This document shows, one piece after another, positions 1 to 13,879 of a stretch of 64,000 bases of DNA. The position numbers and the translations under genes were made by a program. Source of the DNA: Chrysomallon squamiferum (taxonomy: Eukaryota > Animalia > Mollusca). Positions within the stretch are counted from its first letter, which is position 1, and the number at the start of each line of letters is the position of its first letter. The stretch covers positions 16,616,001 to 16,680,000 of the forward strand of contig CM022678.1 in NCBI GenBank assembly GCA_012295275.1. The letters run 5' to 3'. The notes under the pieces were generated by a model that was given only the letters and a program-made list of their open reading frames with translations, ran no database searches and was not told the DNA's origin.

Positions 1-376
1 CAATATAACATTTAAATTTGTACTATTTTTAAATTATTATTTTGTTTTGTTATTTTTCTCAAGTTAAGCAATTAATTACCTTGTGTTTATTTATTTATTA
101 TTATTATTTTTATTATTATTTTATACTTCTTGCTTATTATAAGCTATATTAATTATCGCTTTCTGTCAGATTTAGTATACTCTTTGCTGTATACAATTCT
201 TAAAATGGTTCATTGATGATTTGGTCGTCAGTAAGTCTGCATGAATACAAAGAAAGGGTTTAATTTTATGTTGCTGCTTCATGTTCAAGTTTTCTTGTCG
301 TTGTTCTTCTTAATCTTATTGCGATTGTTTGCATCTTCAAGTTGCCCTTTCATCACCATTTTGTAAATCTAAGGAA

Positions 377-410
<34 letters not shown>

Positions 411-1932
411 TAAATTTTGTTTGTTATATTCTGCATTTAATCATTTAATTACTTCCGATATTCTTTACAATCGTGCAGTTCAAATGTTAAGTAGACATTT
501 GGCTGTGCAGTCGTTTTTGTTCTCACTTTTGTAATTCATTTTAAGTAGATAATTGAATACACAAAAATACATCTGTAAAATAATATTTTCTTAAAAGTTT
601 TATCTATCAATACTAATAATTTTGTTTTATCTCTATCAAAACAGAAAACTCCTAAAGAATTGACGTTTCGAAAGATAAATGTAAATACTAATACACTATT
701 TTGAAATAAACGTTTCTTTTTAATGTTCAGTAATCTGTGAAGAATTATTGTGAAATTATTTATAAAATTAATACTGAATATAGGTATAATATGTAGTAGC
801 AATACTCATAGAAGTAGTAATAACTTTAGTAAGAACGGTGGTAGGTTAATAGTACTAGTAGATTTCTCAATTTACATTATTTTGTGTTTCTTTTATACTT
901 CTTACTTATTATAAGTTATATTTAATTGTCTCTTTCTGTCAGGTGAAATATATATTTGTTCTTTGCTGTATACAATTCATAAAATTGTTTAACGATTTCG
1001 TATTCGATAAGTGTGGATTATTATTATAAAAATTTTTAATTTGATGTTACTACTCCATGTTCATAACATCAGTTGTTCTTTTTCTTATTATTATGATTTA
1101 TGTCTTGAACATATCCTGGTATCGTAGATAAAACAGGATTCCCGAGAGTTTATTGTTTTATTATATCTTACTCTTGTTTGTATCGAACAGAGACAGAGCT
1201 TATTATTTTTCAACACATTGTTAATTTTTCAACTAGTTGATTTTTTTTGGTTGTTGTAGAAATTCTGAGATTTTTCTACACATATCTGTTTTCATCTTAC
1301 ACCTTAAATATATTTTCCTTTCATTTTTTACTTTGTCGAAAAACAAGAATTACAATGTTTTATTTAATCATTTTCAGGCTTTATGAGTCTCGATATAGTT
1401 TACAATATTCAATAATTTTTAATTTTTTTTTATTTTGCTTATTTCTTTTCTCTGTAATTATTTCTAAAACTAGTAAATGTGGATCTTTTTAATATTAAAA
1501 ATTCTTTTCAGAAAATAAAAGGACATTGCTCCTTTATCTCGCTTGAATCTTGCATGAATCAAAATAACCTCGTTTTCTGTAAATAAGAAAACACTTCTTA
1601 GTTAAAAACAGGGTTTATGTTATTATATTCTGATAGAAATAATCGTTGCAAAAAGTTTGTAATTTCTTCAGGTTTACATCTACACCTGGCGGTCTCAGGT
1701 CTTCTCACTGTGTCAAGATAACTCTTTCTGTAGATTACTGTCACTGAAAAACTATTTGTTTAAATACGAAAAAGGTTTCTAACAGAAACAATCGCTTTCT
1801 GATTATTTTCAAAAGTAATCCGTGCAACGATAACTATTTTTTTAATTTTTTTTTTTTTCACTTTTTTCAGGTTTATGTATATTAAAAAAAAAAATGCTAT
1901 TACACAATAATTATGTGAAAGATAATCTGTAT

Positions 1933-1975
<43 letters not shown>

Positions 1976-3588
1976 TTGTTTTTTCTGTTTCTCTTAATAA
2001 ATGATGCTTATTACTGTATAAAAGCTATTATAAGTTTTCAGTCAGAAATTCGGCAAATGAATCTTTATGTGGTTAGCAAATATTCTCTGCAAAGCGAGGT
2101 GTCACTATTTTACTTTTTACATCTTTATACATCGTCTCTGTCTAGTCTTGTTATTCTTGACAATGGCTTGCTTTTTAACTGAAGCAATGTTAATTTGCTA
2201 CCTGTTACTATTGGCAACTAGTCATTTGTTTTCTTGTTTGAATACATTTATTAGGTAATATCCAATGTCACTGTAAGTTATAAAGTGTGTAGTTATATTG
2301 GCAAAATAAGGAAGGCATATGTGAAATATAAGTTTAATTTCTAATATTGTTATTTATTCTTTTTACTCATTGCATTTAATGCATAGAACCCATATATTTT
2401 CTGTACAGCTTTTGCAATTACTTAAGTGACTAAATATGTTAGAAGTTTCTTACAACAATATGGTCATAATGTAACAGCATCAGTATGCTTTATAGGTACA
2501 ACTATATTGTACACTTTACTGGTTCCGCGTTTGGAAAAGAGTAATCTCTAATCAAATACACAGCAAAATTAGACAAGCATTACGTTTTCTACGTTTAGTC
2601 ATTGTTTAATATTTCAACTTGTGAAGTTTATAAATAAAAATCGAAGTAAAAGTCAGTTGTTCATAAACTAACGATAATTACATTTAAAAAAAAATCAATA
2701 AAAAACCCCAAAAATATGAAATACAACTATTTTTTTCATTAATTACGTTTTGGTGTTGTACAAAAATACAGACATTTTCTGTCAGATCAGAAATGTTGAT
2801 CTTCTGCTATTTCCTAACATCTCATTCTAATTTTCTGTGGAAGTGAAGAAATTAAAATACACTGTTAAATTATTTCTGTAAGGTGATGAATTATACAATC
2901 CCGGACTGCATATACGTACAATAATTAGTAGCAATGCTCGTCTAAGCTGTAATAGTGGTAGTATTAATAATGCTAGTAGCAGTTTTTCTGTTTATATTAT
3001 TTCATGGTCTGTATGCGTCTTGTTTATTATCAGCTTATTATTATATTAAAGATCTCTGTTATAAGATAAAATGTATATTTGCTGTCTGCAGTATACAATT
3101 CTTACTTCAGTAACGATCCTCCGCGCAATGTGCTTTGAAAAAAATAAAGAAAGAGTTTGGTTTCATGTTATCAGTTGATGTTTATGACATCAATTCCTTC
3201 TGAGTTCACTGCGGATTTTCTATCTGAATATAAAGTAATGTGTTTTAATCTGATATGACTAGTATATCCTCAAATGTGTCATGTGTTTACTGATCTATTC
3301 TTAATATCTATACTAGGGCGTAGTTTGTAAACAGACGACATGAAATACATCAGCTTTGGTTATTATATATCTGTAATACATTCGTCTCTGTACTGTAATC
3401 TTACAGTTTATGAGAATAAGGTCGTTGTCATTGTCGCTGATAGCTATTTTTGTAAGTTATAGTCACTGAATATATCACTATTTCTGTAAAGAAAAGTAAG
3501 AATTAATAGATCTGCATCTGTTCTTACTATTACGAAAATAATTGAAAACTCTAAACAATTAATAACCATTTCACCGGGAAGTCCATTT

Positions 3589-3910
3589 GTAAGTGATAAC
3601 ACCCATGACTGTAAAGAGTTCTCTAACAGAACAGCTTAGATGTGTATATTGTTTTGTTATATGTTTTCTTGTAATTCCTTTGTAAATGACAATAACATGA
3701 CTGTAAATGATCCGTAACAGAGCAACTTAGATGAGTACATTATTTTCTTTATTATATATTCCTTGGTAATTCATCTGTAAGTTATAACATTTGATTGTAA
3801 AGTGTTTTATAGCAGAACAACTCAGATGTGCATACTGCTTTATTCGATGTTTGTACGTACTTCCTCTGTAAATAACAATAATAAGACTGTAAATTGTTCT
3901 ATAACTGAAT
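3589..3910. repeat. ~93-bp diverged minisatellite (about 3.5 copies)
   Basis: 'gtaa(g/a)t..aac..catgactgtaaa....ct.taacagaaca.cttagatgtgta' starts at ~3589, 3682, 3777 and 3868. Related copies lie at 5540-5750 and, inverted, at 21400-21730. Confidence 0.75.
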
Positions 3911-4080
3911 ATCACGAACCATCTTCCTGCATTAATTGACATCAGCCTGGTTTTGTAAGAAATATCGTGTTTATATAACAAGCCACCTTTAATTAGTAAC
4001 ACTGGTAGCAGAATAAAAGATGTTATAGAATTCACCTAAGACTTTTTTTAATCTTATGTCTAATGTTAAACGTATAGCAA

Positions 4081-4099
4081 ATTATTATTATTATTATTA

Positions 4100-4137
<38 letters not shown>

Positions 4138-4159
4138 GTTATTGTTATTGTTATTGTTA

Positions 4160-4203
<44 letters not shown>

Positions 4204-4222
4204 GTTATTGTTATTGTTGTTA
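4081..4222. repeat. (ATT)n/(ATTGTT)n microsatellite
   Basis: Direct read. It is the source of the poly-N and poly-L ORFs at 4066-4318. Confidence 0.95.
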
Positions 4223-5956
4223 ATAATGTTATTATGCCATGGTTTTGGCATAGGATTAATTATTTTCATAATTATTGTATATTTATTACCTGTCTTTTCA
4301 CAACAAACATTCATATAAAATGCATCTTTTTACACATTAATACTTTCTTCTCTGACTGCTTGATTTTAAATATTTTTCTCTCCTTATAATGATTTTATAT
4401 CAACTGAGTTTTAACTCAGATCTTTTCACTGACTGAGTCAACAGAGATCAGCAGACGCTTGTAGTTCTCTTACATTCCAGAACATTTATTTTGTTACTAT
4501 GACGAATACTCAGTACTGCTTTTGTAATGACTGAAGAAGTTTCTTCAGGAGGAACTGTCGTGTTCTTGAATCTCTTGTTTGTAGTTTGCTTCCTTTAGCA
4601 TCATACGTTCCTCAGATCACATGAAACATTTTGCACATCTTTCTATTGTTTGTATAACATATGTCTTCAAACATGTTTTTTTTTTTTTTTTTTTTTTTTT
4701 TATATCAAATATCAGTAGTTTACATTCTCTCCTGTTCTCTACATTGTCAGTTCTTTTATATAGTTCTTAATGATAATTTGTAGAGAAAAAAATAAATAAA
4801 AAAAAATAATAATATCTTTTAATTTTTACAGAAATTTTTTATTTTATTTTTTTTTATTTTTTTTTATTTTTTAAACTATTGTATCTTCTTAATAATACAA
4901 TTTTGTGACACTTTATATACGAATTCATGTCTTCTTTTCCTTGTTGTAGTAAAAGTTGTTGTTATTGTTAGTCAACAATACTACTGCTTCTAATACTATA
5001 AACAACAATTAACACAAACTTCGTTGCAAACTGTTTCCATATAGTATATATATTTTTTGGTTGTGATTACTTCATAGTTTTTGCTAAGACTTTATAATAA
5101 CAATGTAGATAACTCGACTACATCAATATTAATTCCTAAACGGGTTTTGTTTCCGAGAACTATAGAGTTGAAGTGTTACTAAAGTGTTACTAGAGTAATA
5201 TAAAAGTCAAAATCATTGACTCTCCTCAGTGACTATTTCAGGGTTTTATTATATTTCGTAGTCCTTTGACATTCTGAAGAAAAAAATTAATTAAATATGA
5301 ATATATAATATATTTTATCTCTTTTCAGTTCTTGCTTTTCTTTTTAACCGTATAAACACTTCTCCTCATCTTTCATCTAGAAAGACAAAACAACATTTTT
5401 TAATACTAGATCAGAATATAAAGTCGTTTCATGATCCTCTGTTACTTAAATATGTATTTCTTGATAATCGCAAAATCGTTGCTTTGGTTCAGAAGAAAAT
5501 CGATTACATCGTTTTTCCTCCTGGAAGATAAAACATGATTTTTAGAGTCTGTTATTACTGAACTATGTAGATGTGTTCTTTGTTTTAGTTTTATTTTCGC
5601 TAGCTTTTCCTTTCTAAGTGACAGTAACATGATAGTAAAGTTGTCTATAACAGAACAACTTAGATGTGTACATTGTTTTTATTATATCTTCTCTAGTAAT
5701 TCATCTGTAAGTGATAACAACATGATTGTGCAAGTGTTCTATAAGACTTGTAATAAATTTAATTATAAAATCAAAATTATATATATCTATAATAGACAGG
5801 AGTGGTATTCAAAATAGTAATAATAGTCAATTAATATTAATACTAGCATTTTTTTTCATTTATATTCATTATATTTTTTTGGTTACTATCAATTATATTG
5901 TGATTATTTTTCTGTCAGATTAAATGTCTATAGATACTTAAACTTTTCTGTTGTTG

Positions 5957-6009
<53 letters not shown>

Positions 6010-6489
6010 AAAATAATTATTGTTTAAAAACATATATTTGAAGAGACAAAATAAATGATTGTGACCAATAATAACAACATCAGGAATGGAGATGATATCA
6101 TTAGTATAAACAGTTCTAAGAGCTGCAGTATTAATACTACATATGAATTTATGTATACACATACTTCTGTAAATAGAGTATTAGTATTACTTATTTTTTA
6201 GTATTAGTGCAGTATTAGTGTAATACTTGTTGTTATATTGTTATTGTTTCATTAGTACTGGCATAATAATTATTATATTTTTCTTATAAAAGTAATTACT
6301 ACTGTTTACACAATATTTAAAACAAAATCAATGTATGTAACTCGGATCATGTCTTTATTTTACTAATGTAATAAAGAACTTCAACATTTATTTTACTATT
6401 TTCTTCTTCTTCTGTTTTTTTCTTCTATTCAGACTCAGTTTATTTTTGATTAATAAAATAGATGGATGTTTTGGAAGTCAAGTCATTTT

Positions 6490-6700
6490 TATTTTAAATA
6501 TAGACCCGCCCACGCAATCTGTGACTTACTTCTAACACTCCCCCCCCTCCACGTCAAAAATTCAAAACTTACATAATCAGCTAACGTGAAATTAAATTTT
6601 AAACAGATCACGTAATCGGAAAAATATAATTAATCTGCCTCGCGGCCTAAGACCTACTTTTAAAACAAGTAATTTTTACGTAACTGAGTGTTTGGTGTAA
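6490..6700 (-). promoter_or_regulatory. CpG-rich promoter-like block P1 (GC box next to a TATA-like motif)
   Basis: The minus strand reads GTGGGCGGGTCTATATTTAAAA (6491-6513). The block recurs at 17390-17730 and, inverted, at 19200-19430. Function is inferred from motifs only. Confidence 0.35.
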
Positions 6701-6844
6701 TGATTTCGATAATTTATTTATTTATTTATCGACTTTTTTTTTTACTGTATTTCAGTCTTTTCTGTTTATTGATCCTTCCTTGTTATTCAAAATAATTTTT
6801 CTCTTCATTTTCTAACCCGTTCTTTCTTTCTTTTTTTTGTATTC

Positions 6845-6901
<57 letters not shown>

Positions 6902-7022
6902 TATAATTAACCCAATTAGCAGCGAAAGAAGTCCACGCATCTTTAACGCATGATAAAAATAAAAAGATACAGAGATACTGTTCACACTGATTGTTCTAAT
7001 TATACTGGAGATCCTGAACCCA

Positions 7023-7040
7023 TTTTACACGAACAATGTT

Positions 7041-7104
<64 letters not shown>
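7023..7104. repeat. (CA)n microsatellite
   Basis: Direct read. Confidence 0.95.
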
Positions 7105-7108
<4 letters not shown>

Positions 7109-7245
7109 TGTACTACGTCTTAATCAGTTTCGAATTTCTTAAATGAATTTGAACAGCATTTCTGTACACCGATTTCTGATTGTTTTAAATCGTTTTTATG
7201 AATCGTTTGTAAGAGTTTAGATGAATAACAAAAGCAAGACCAACC

Positions 7246-7310
<65 letters not shown>

Positions 7311-7846
7311 TTGCTGGTTAGCGAGACAACGTAAGGTGGAAAGAAACTAAAAAAACTAAAATAAATGAAGATAGAAAAACGAATTATTCATCTCTTAGCT
7401 CTGTTTCGCAAACAGAAAATCTGTGATATTAATTATTAAAGCCCGCAGTGGTCGATCTTCGTTTTATTTTTATTTTCTGTTACTGACACTTGTGTTGAAC
7501 TGTGATTCGTCTGCGCATATGCGAAGATGTCTTGTATCACGTGATGTAAACACTGTGTTAGCTCGAGGGCAGACGACAGTAATACAACCTTATTACTCAG
7601 TTTTAATAAAATGTCGAAATGCACAACAGAAAAAAAATAAAGTAGTAGCAGACTGACATAACAATGAGGACGAATGAACTCATTTATTTATTTATTTATT
7701 TATTTATTTTTTATTTATTTTATCATCTTTGTTTTTGCTTTTGTAAGTTTTGATGCTTATTTGTTTTTGTTTTTTAACAGAAAGAAAAAAAGAAAAGAAA
7801 AGAAATATTAAATGCATAAACATTGTCTGTGCCTGTGCATGTGTGT

Positions 7847-7887
<41 letters not shown>

Positions 7888-9101
7888 GTGTCCTTCAATA
7901 TTCGTGTTTATATTTACATATACATACTTAAAACATTGATGTACTCTAGTTTAAAAGAAGCTATAGAAAAGTTATAATTCCCTGTTTATCGGTTTCAGTT
8001 TGTCTGTCTACACACGTATTACAACATCAATAACATTTTTCAGTAAGGTTTCTGTGTACTTCTAACACTTAACCTTGAACATCGATTATCAGAAAATGTG
8101 AAATAAATATAATAATGCTAATGCTCACAAACGCAAACTACACACACCTGGAAGCACACATATACACACACAGAACACGCACCTACACAAATATATCTCA
8201 GACACACATACGCACAGAAAGACATCTCACACACAGTCATGAAACCTTTTAGAAAGTGAAAGAAAGAAAAGAGCGAACTGTGACGAATATATCTGTCTGT
8301 CTTTGTAAGTACGAAGGTATGAATTAGATACGTTAATGATGAATAAGACAAAGTCATAGACACACACACACAAATACAAAAATATACAGAAAGATCAATA
8401 TCTTTATCGTTATCATAATAATCATTATAATTATAGTTTTCATAATTAACGTTCAAATACTTAAACAACTATCCTCTAAATCATTATAAAAGAACAGACA
8501 CAAGAAAAATCGTTACTAAACCTTCGTCTGAAACACAGAATACAGAACATACGAATGTGTCCAGAATTTGGTTCAAGTTCACGTTGAACTTAAAATCGTA
8601 TAAAAAAGAAGAATTATCGAAAATCATGCTGGAATGTGAAACAAAAAACGTGGATCAGAAATTAAACGTCGTAACTAAAAGCAGTTCTGGTGATAAATTA
8701 GTTATTAACACGCTGTGAATTATGTTTGTTTTTATCTTTTGTCTAGTATGTGGTAACGCATATATAATTAATCTAGCTGTCTTAATAATTAAAGAAACAT
8801 AAAACAGAAACATAACAAATAAATAAATTGATATAAAATGATATAATAAAAAAAAGTTCAATAATGTTATACTAACTCTAGGAAAGAGAATTACTTTCAC
8901 TATTTAGGTGGTAAATATTTTTGATTAAACAACAAATTTTCCCAGATTGTTGAATGGCGTATGAAATCAATGAAATTATATTCATGAATGTACGAGAGAA
9001 AAACTAAAAACACACACACACACACACACACACACGCAGGCACGCGTTCACAAATACCTAAATACATACATACACACACACGTGCATACATACATACATA
9101 T

Positions 9102-9173
<72 letters not shown>

Positions 9174-9290
9174 ATACAAACACAAATAAAATAAAATAAA
9201 TTAATTGATAGAGAAAGACACACAAAGAAAGAAATAGAAATAATATCAATTCGTCGGTCTTAGTGATATTTATTGTTGTTGTTGTTCCTG

Positions 9291-9337
<47 letters not shown>

Positions 9338-9531
9338 CTCTCGGTTATGTGAACATTCACTAAAATATCGTTCCAGACGAGAATCAGTTATTGATAAAAC
9401 CGATACAGAATGAATTATATAATTAATTAAATCAATGTAATCATCATTTTTTTGCTCAACATACGAGTTATACAAATGAATGTTATAAGTGCTATTTATT
9501 CAAGCTGCTCTGAGTTATTCCCCTTAACAGG

Positions 9532-9581
<50 letters not shown>

Positions 9582-9639
9582 TATTTTTTTTCCGAAAGAA
9601 AGAAAGAATGAAAGAAAAATAGAAACTCAAAATCTTCTG

Positions 9640-9784
9640 ACTAGTGACGTGTGATGCATACGTTATGACGTCAACGACCTTCAAACGTCTTCTGTTTGAA
9701 AAAACCAGACGTTACGGCAGACGTCAGAAAAATCTGAATCGACAGGCTTTAGTTTTGACAAAACGAGGTAAAAAAGAAATATTT

Positions 9785-9856
<72 letters not shown>

Positions 9857-10231
9857 TTAATTAATTAATTAATTAATAAATTAATTAATGTAATTTCTGA
9901 ACGCTGGCAACTTTACTTTAACCAAAACTTATTATAATTAAAAAAATACTGAATATTAATTGAATTTCACTGTTTCCTACTTTTTTTGTCACGTTTATAG
10001 ATTTTTTTCTTTTACACTACTAATTAACAAAATAAATAATTTCATCAGCTAATTTATATTTCACAGGTTCTGAGGCCTACAACTTTCAGAAGAAAATCCA
10101 GCTGACAGAAAAAATAAACAAAAAAACAACTAGAAATGAAGACTGATTCCATATCGTTAATATCTTCCATTCTGTAATTGTTGACATTTATTCACATTGA
10201 GAAAACGTGGGGTAAATGATACATCTAAAAA

Positions 10232-10276
<45 letters not shown>

Positions 10277-11257
10277 TTAAAAAATAATAAATAAATAAAT
10301 AAATAAGTAAATAAATAAATAAATTAAATAATGAATAAACTAATTAATTAATTAACTTATTAATAAACTAATTAATTAATTCACCATCTGTCACGAAGAC
10401 AAGAAACTTAATTTGATTAAAGCATACAAGTAATATTATAATTTAATAATTAAATTAAATTAAATAAATAAATAAATAAATAAATACGATTCCGAATCTT
10501 AATTGAACTTGAACATTTTGTCATATATAATTAATAATAATAATTATAATTATTATTTTAAACAAATTACTAATTAACAAAATAAATAATTTCGTCGACT
10601 ATTTTACATTTGAAAGGTTTCATCGCCTTACAACTTTCAGAAGAAAATCAAGCTGACAGAGACAAAATAGGATTTGTCATGCAGACGTTCTTCGAAAACG
10701 GTTAATTTGAAGACTACGTTATAAATGTCATTTAGAACAGTGACGTCAGCAACTTCCAGAAAATGAACACAGATTCCAGGCTGCTGGTTTCTGCTACCCT
10801 TGGAATTGTTGACATTTCTTCACACTGTAATGAAGCCCGTTGAAGTCAAATGAAATGAAAACGAGCGTGAGTTAGTTTTGGGAGAATTTATTTTAAACTT
10901 TTGTCAGGTTTACATAATTTGTTTTTAAAGCTTGAAATGTGTCTGTCACGTATTATTAGATTGTTTTTTACTTTTTTTTTCTTTATTTTTTTAACCATGT
11001 TAGCAATAAATAAGAAAGAGTAGTCGTTTAAATAAATGAATAAATAAATAAATAATTAAAATATATTAATAAATTAATTAAATGAATAAAATAAATAATA
11101 ACAAAAAACGTAATAATAATTAAAAAAAACAGAAACAGAAGTATGTATTTTATTATGATTATTTATTTATTTATTTATTTACTTATTATTATTAATTTTT
11201 TTTTTTTCCCAGGTTCCCAAAGATAAATAATAGAAACTGTTTCTTGCCAACACAGCG
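9640..11257 (+). ncRNA. Putative spliced non-coding (or decayed-gene) 5' exons, left arm
   Basis: A CRE-rich start (TGACGTCA 9666-9673) is followed by donor GT 9768, acceptor tttcacAG 10066, donor GT 10212, paralogous acceptor AG 10616, donor GTGAGT 10867, acceptor (t)n-cccAG 11212 and donor GT 11258. Four of these sites are conserved in the inverted copy at 28.8-30.1 kb. No ORF is present. Confidence 0.35.
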
Positions 11258-13817
11258 GTAGGAAGCACTTAAAGTTCTGTATTAAAACTTAATTTCTGTT
11301 ATGTAAATACCGCAGAACATGCACACACAGAAACACGCGCGCGCGCGCTCTCGTATATTTATATATATATATATATAGATAGATAGATAGATAGATAGAT
11401 GAATTCAATTTAATTTACAATAAGAAAACCTTCAGTTTTGTATTCGTAATATGTAGACATTTCTTGATAATTTCATATTCCTCCATATTTAATGTGTCAT
11501 TCATTACAAATGATCTCTTTATTTTTTTTAATGATTAGTTTGTTATAGAGTAACGTCCACAGATATTTTTTTTCACAATATAACAGTGTATTTTTCATAT
11601 CCATTGATTTAGTTTTATATACAGATATTTTAATTTTTTTTTCACCCAAGTAGTATATTTTGTAATGTCGCTAGACAATTATATCTCTGTAAGCATTTTA
11701 ATCTTCTGTAAAACTTTAGTACAAATAATCTACAGTCTGTAGATAGTAGTTTTATATAAAATACTTGTATTGTTTATTGTAAAATTATTGTGGAATATTT
11801 TTATTATTACAGTTCTTGTAATGTATAGAATCTAAACACGTTATTATTTATTGGATAATTCTGAAAGAAATAATGCACATTTTTTTGTATTCAGTATATA
11901 TGTTATTTTATATTTTATAATATTAGTTATAGAATTTGTTTTATTACAAGCCTTGTACTGTACCAACCTGCACAGTGTTGTTTCTATAATTCTAGCTAAA
12001 ATGCAGTTCTTTTGAACACTAGTTTTTCTTTCTATGCTTGAAACAAACACTCTAATGAGTTGCTTGTTGGTATCTGTATAATTCTTCATAATATAATCGA
12101 TTGAATAACAGAAGAAAAGTTCTGTAAATTTATACAGACTTTTGTTAAATTTATTTTATTTTTGGTTGTTAGAAGAGACCTTCTAAGAAATTTCCATGCA
12201 CATTAGAATTTATATTATCCTTTTAATTTTATTAATTTGTACATTTTATTCAAGATACAGACGATTCTATAATAATGTTCTACGTATAATGTTATAATTT
12301 ATACAGTAGATTTATAAAATAATATTTTCTAACCTTACATAAATACTATTGTTAGTATCGATATATTATTTATTTGTTTATTTATTTTATTTGATCTTAT
12401 TACGAAATCTTCATACAGTGGTGGTATTATTAGACTTTCTTGGTACATGCAATGCAGGCCGCCCTTTCGTCTTTAAAGTCTGTAAAAATAGTGATCTCGA
12501 ATTAAACTCACAGAAACATTCCTCAAATGTCCAGTCTTAAATAGTTTACACAGCCATTTTCTGTGACGTCATGTGCCTTTTTTTTTATTTCTTTTGTTGT
12601 TATTATTATTATTATTTTTATTATTACTATCTGCTTCTCTTTTCAAATAAAATCTGTGGCTTTGTTTCTCCTGTATAAAAAAAGATTAGGACGCCAGTAT
12701 TTTACACTTTCTCTTGTTCTCTCCTCTTAATCACTTGAGTTGGACTTTTCAAAATGGTATAAGTGAAATGTTTTATCCGTAAATCATTTTCTCTCTTCAT
12801 TTTTAATGCACATCCTTTGCTTATTTTTTTTTTTATATTATCTTATTACGATATTTTCATAAAGTGATAGCTTTACTATCCCTTGTTAGTATACAAATGA
12901 TAGGAACTCTATATTCATCGGTTTTATTCTTTTTTTTTATCTCAGTAAATCATGCTCTACTCCTAGTCATTTGTTTTTCTTGCAATACTTCTCTGATGTG
13001 ATAATAACAGGACTGTGTTTCATTCTGTGACTGAACATCAGATAATTCATGTTATTCTAGATGTAGGAAATAACATATCCTCCTCTTATTGATCTTTATC
13101 TCAATCCATCCATGTTAACGTGCAGTGTATTAAAAGAGTTGACTATGTACTGATTATAATCTGAAACCTATGTTAGTTGAGAAAACATTTCCATGGAAGA
13201 TTTCATTACAAACCATTTCTATCTAGAAAGTTCTTTATAGCTGATTTGAACAAAATGTCGAATGACGAGACTGACGTCATTTTAAACAACACTTAGATTT
13301 TCTCTTGTTACAGAGTTCGCCTTTGATTTTCTGTTTTATATTTAACCACGTTAGTAGGTTCAATTCTATTTTTTATCATTTCATATCTTTACTTATCGTT
13401 CTGTATTAAGTAATTATTTTTTAAAAATCTATACTTTGATCACTGTCTGCTTGATTATTGGTATTTTCAAATCTGCTATCAATTTTACGTCTTCCATAGC
13501 GAAATATTTCGCTTCATCGAGTAAAACACATCTCATTAATGCGTTTTTAGTTCTCTAATATTATAAAACGTTTATTCACATTAAATTAGTTTTATTTATT
13601 GGCATGATACATTTTCTGTACTGCTTTTGCAATGAGTTAAGAGGCTAAATAGTTTAGACGGTTTTCAAGACGAAAGTTTATTTATTTTCTATTTCGTGCT
13701 TGTAGTTAGCGTCTTTAAACATTCACAAATATTCTGAACAGCCTCTGTTTGTGTGTGCACATCACTTCATGTGGAAATCTGTTTTATCTTTTTATCTTTA
13801 CTTTTCTTTTCTATTGG

Positions 13818-13879
<62 letters not shown>

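Larger units (their letters stand above)
100..6700. repeat. Diverged multi-kb non-coding repeat unit (copy 1), built from recurring modules
   Basis: Module 'tatacttcttgcttattataag...ttgctgtatacaattc' recurs at ~120, ~895, ~3010 and ~14945. Module 'tactgcttttgcaat...aagtgactaaat...gtttctt' recurs at ~2400, ~4510, ~13615 and ~14415. Segments 3555-4630 and 6170-6550 match 19370-21770 in reverse complement. Confidence 0.75.

Noticed and set aside
3571-3592. TCACCGGG, a miR-36-family seed-like sequence (also inverted at ~21735)
   Set aside because: There is no complementary arm nearby to form a pre-miRNA hairpin.
4066-4314. Apparently conserved peptide MNVCCEKTGNKY...MPKPW, also at 20740-21039
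   Set aside because: The similarity reflects the recent inverted DNA duplication. Both ORFs run into microsatellite in different frames.
11335-11347. (CG)n run as a Z-DNA element
   Set aside because: It is short, embedded in a compound microsatellite and not seen in the paralogous arm.
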